Origin: Octopus vulgaris | Lineage: Eukaryota | Direction: 5' to 3' | Assembly: GCA_951406725.2 (NCBI GenBank) | Contig: OX597819.1 | Coordinates: forward strand, 310,001-374,000 | DNA length: 64,000 bases | Part shown: positions 62,218 through 64,000 of the stretch, in pieces | Numbering within the stretch: the stretch's first letter is position 1 | How the letters are laid out: every line of letters starts with the position of its first letter | The notes under the pieces: model-generated | The model's input: only the letters and a program-made list of their open reading frames with translations | Told to the model about the DNA's origin: nothing | Databases searched by the model: none | Position numbers and translations under genes: made by a program

Positions 62218-63199
62218 TATATATATACACACACACATACATACACGTGTGTATGCACACACACACACATAGATACCTGCTCTGCATGTCAAGTAAAAAT
62301 ATATCTGAAAAAGGCATAACCATGACTCTATGGTCAACAAGTTCACTATGCAACTACACGGTTTTAGCAAATGCCTTCTAATACAGCCCCACACCAACAT
62401 TGAGAGTGAATTTGGTAGATAGGAGCTACATGGAAACCTACCATATAGGTGCAGATGTGGCTGTGTTGTAAGAAGATTGTTTCCCGGCTACGTGCTTTCC
62501 TATTCAGTCCACTGCATGGCACCTTGGGCAAGTGTCTTCTACTATAGTCTCAGGCTGACTAAATGTTTTCTCTTATTGTTCCTATCGTGGGAATATTATA
62601 TATTTCCCATACTTTTGTATGTTAAATGCATTTTCAAAATGTAGTTATTTCATTGATTTTTAATAGACTTATTGCGTCATATATTAAAAAAATTTAATTT
62701 AAATTATGAGGTAAATCTACCATTTAGTAATACAATAATAAAATAAAATGAATAAAATAAGTACTTTCTGGGAATTTAATAATTCATTTAAGAACTGACT
62801 ATTACTACCTAGATTAATATGTTTACAGTAGAAGTAAGCTTTTGTTAAACCAAGTCTATAAGCTAATTCTATTTCACTAAATTTGCCTTGCTAAAATTTA
62901 CATGTGAATTTTACAAACATCCCTAATGATCTAATGTAGGTGTTTCTATAGAGTCATTCAAACTGCTAGAAATACCAAAGAAATCTTCAGATCGCACCCA
63001 ACCATCATTAAAACAAAGGTGGCACAGTTTCTCTAAAACTACATTATCCATTGTCTGAAATTAGAACACAGAACTTTAATGAAAATATCGTTTTTTAATT
63101 GAATGTCTGTGTAAATTGATGTGAAACAGTCTTGTGGAATCAATGAGTCGGGTTTTAAATCACAAAATAATGTAAGAATCTGTCATGCATCATCTAAAT

Positions 63200-63519
63200 C
63201 AGTGGTTCTCAACCAGATCCATATGACCCCAGGGGCTCCATATAAGATTTTGGGAATCTACACAAGTAAAATTAGGAATCCACAGTGAAATACTTCTGTC
63301 CATGGGAAAATAATTTTGCTTTAGATTTATCTATTGTAAAGAGCAGCTAGATTTCTTTCTCAAATATGTTACATAGTTCAATCTACACAAGTCAATGTGT
63401 GGAAAAAGAAATAGGAATTTTAGAAGTATTTATAACACTAGTTCTTAAACATAAAAAGGCTGTGGGGCTCCATCATAGTAAAACTGTCTATAGGTAAAAA
63501 AAATGGTTGAGAACCATTG
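63200..63519. mobile_element. hAT (Charlie-like) MITE
   Basis: TIRs cagtggttctcaacc / ggttgagaaccattg; 8-bp TSD atctaaat/atctaagt. Confidence 0.85.
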
Positions 63520-64000
63520 ATCTAAGTAATTTTTTTCTTCCTAAGTTGATTTTAAAATAGAAAAAGAAAAATCATTTGATTAATTTAAACTTATCTTTTA
63601 CTAAATGTGAAAGTGTGTGGCTTAGTGGCTAGGGTGTTGCATTCAGAATTGCAAGGTCATTGTTTCAATTCCTAGTCTAAGCAGTGCATTGCGTTCTTAA
63701 GCAAAACACTTCATTTTACATTGCTTCAGTCCACTCAGCTGTAAATGAGTAAATCTGAAATGGACTTGCATCCTGTTCAAGAGGAATGTTGTGATCTTGG
63801 TTACTTACATGGCATGGAAACTGGGTAACTGGGTCTATGAGCCATAGCACTTGAGACAGTTATCTGTCTCAAGTAATCTTGAGACAGTAATAATTACATT
63901 TTGACTATTGGAATTCCCTATGATCTTGTCTTCATCCTTATACATTTACCATAGAATAATTGTTTTTAAATGTTGATTTGGTGTGTGATTATATGATAAT

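Overview
AT-rich, repeat-dense animal genomic DNA. The SINE and RTE families and the (TA)n/(CA)n load suggest a coleoid cephalopod, probably Octopus (inference). There is a 100-N assembly gap at 52860-52959. Host genes: (1) a complete three-coding-exon minus-strand gene (10582-10474, 8892-8731, 7101-6260; 370 aa) joining an N-terminal CIDE-N domain (DFFA/ICAD-like) to a Myb/SANT-like trihelix DNA-binding domain and a coiled coil; (2) on the plus strand, an internal exon resembling PEX14 (61684-61857), with a candidate first exon at ~39062. The two genes are divergent, like human DFFA/PEX14. The rest is mostly mobile DNA: young RTE LINEs with a PHD-like finger, a near full-length CR1, Tc1 and mariner relics, Helitrons, Penelope and R4-like relics, MITEs and tRNA-derived SINEs. 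Several unrelated small repeats carry minimal hammerhead-ribozyme cores, often with foldback arms or direct repeats, including one tRNA-headed SINE-like unit. All calls were made by eye without database searches.
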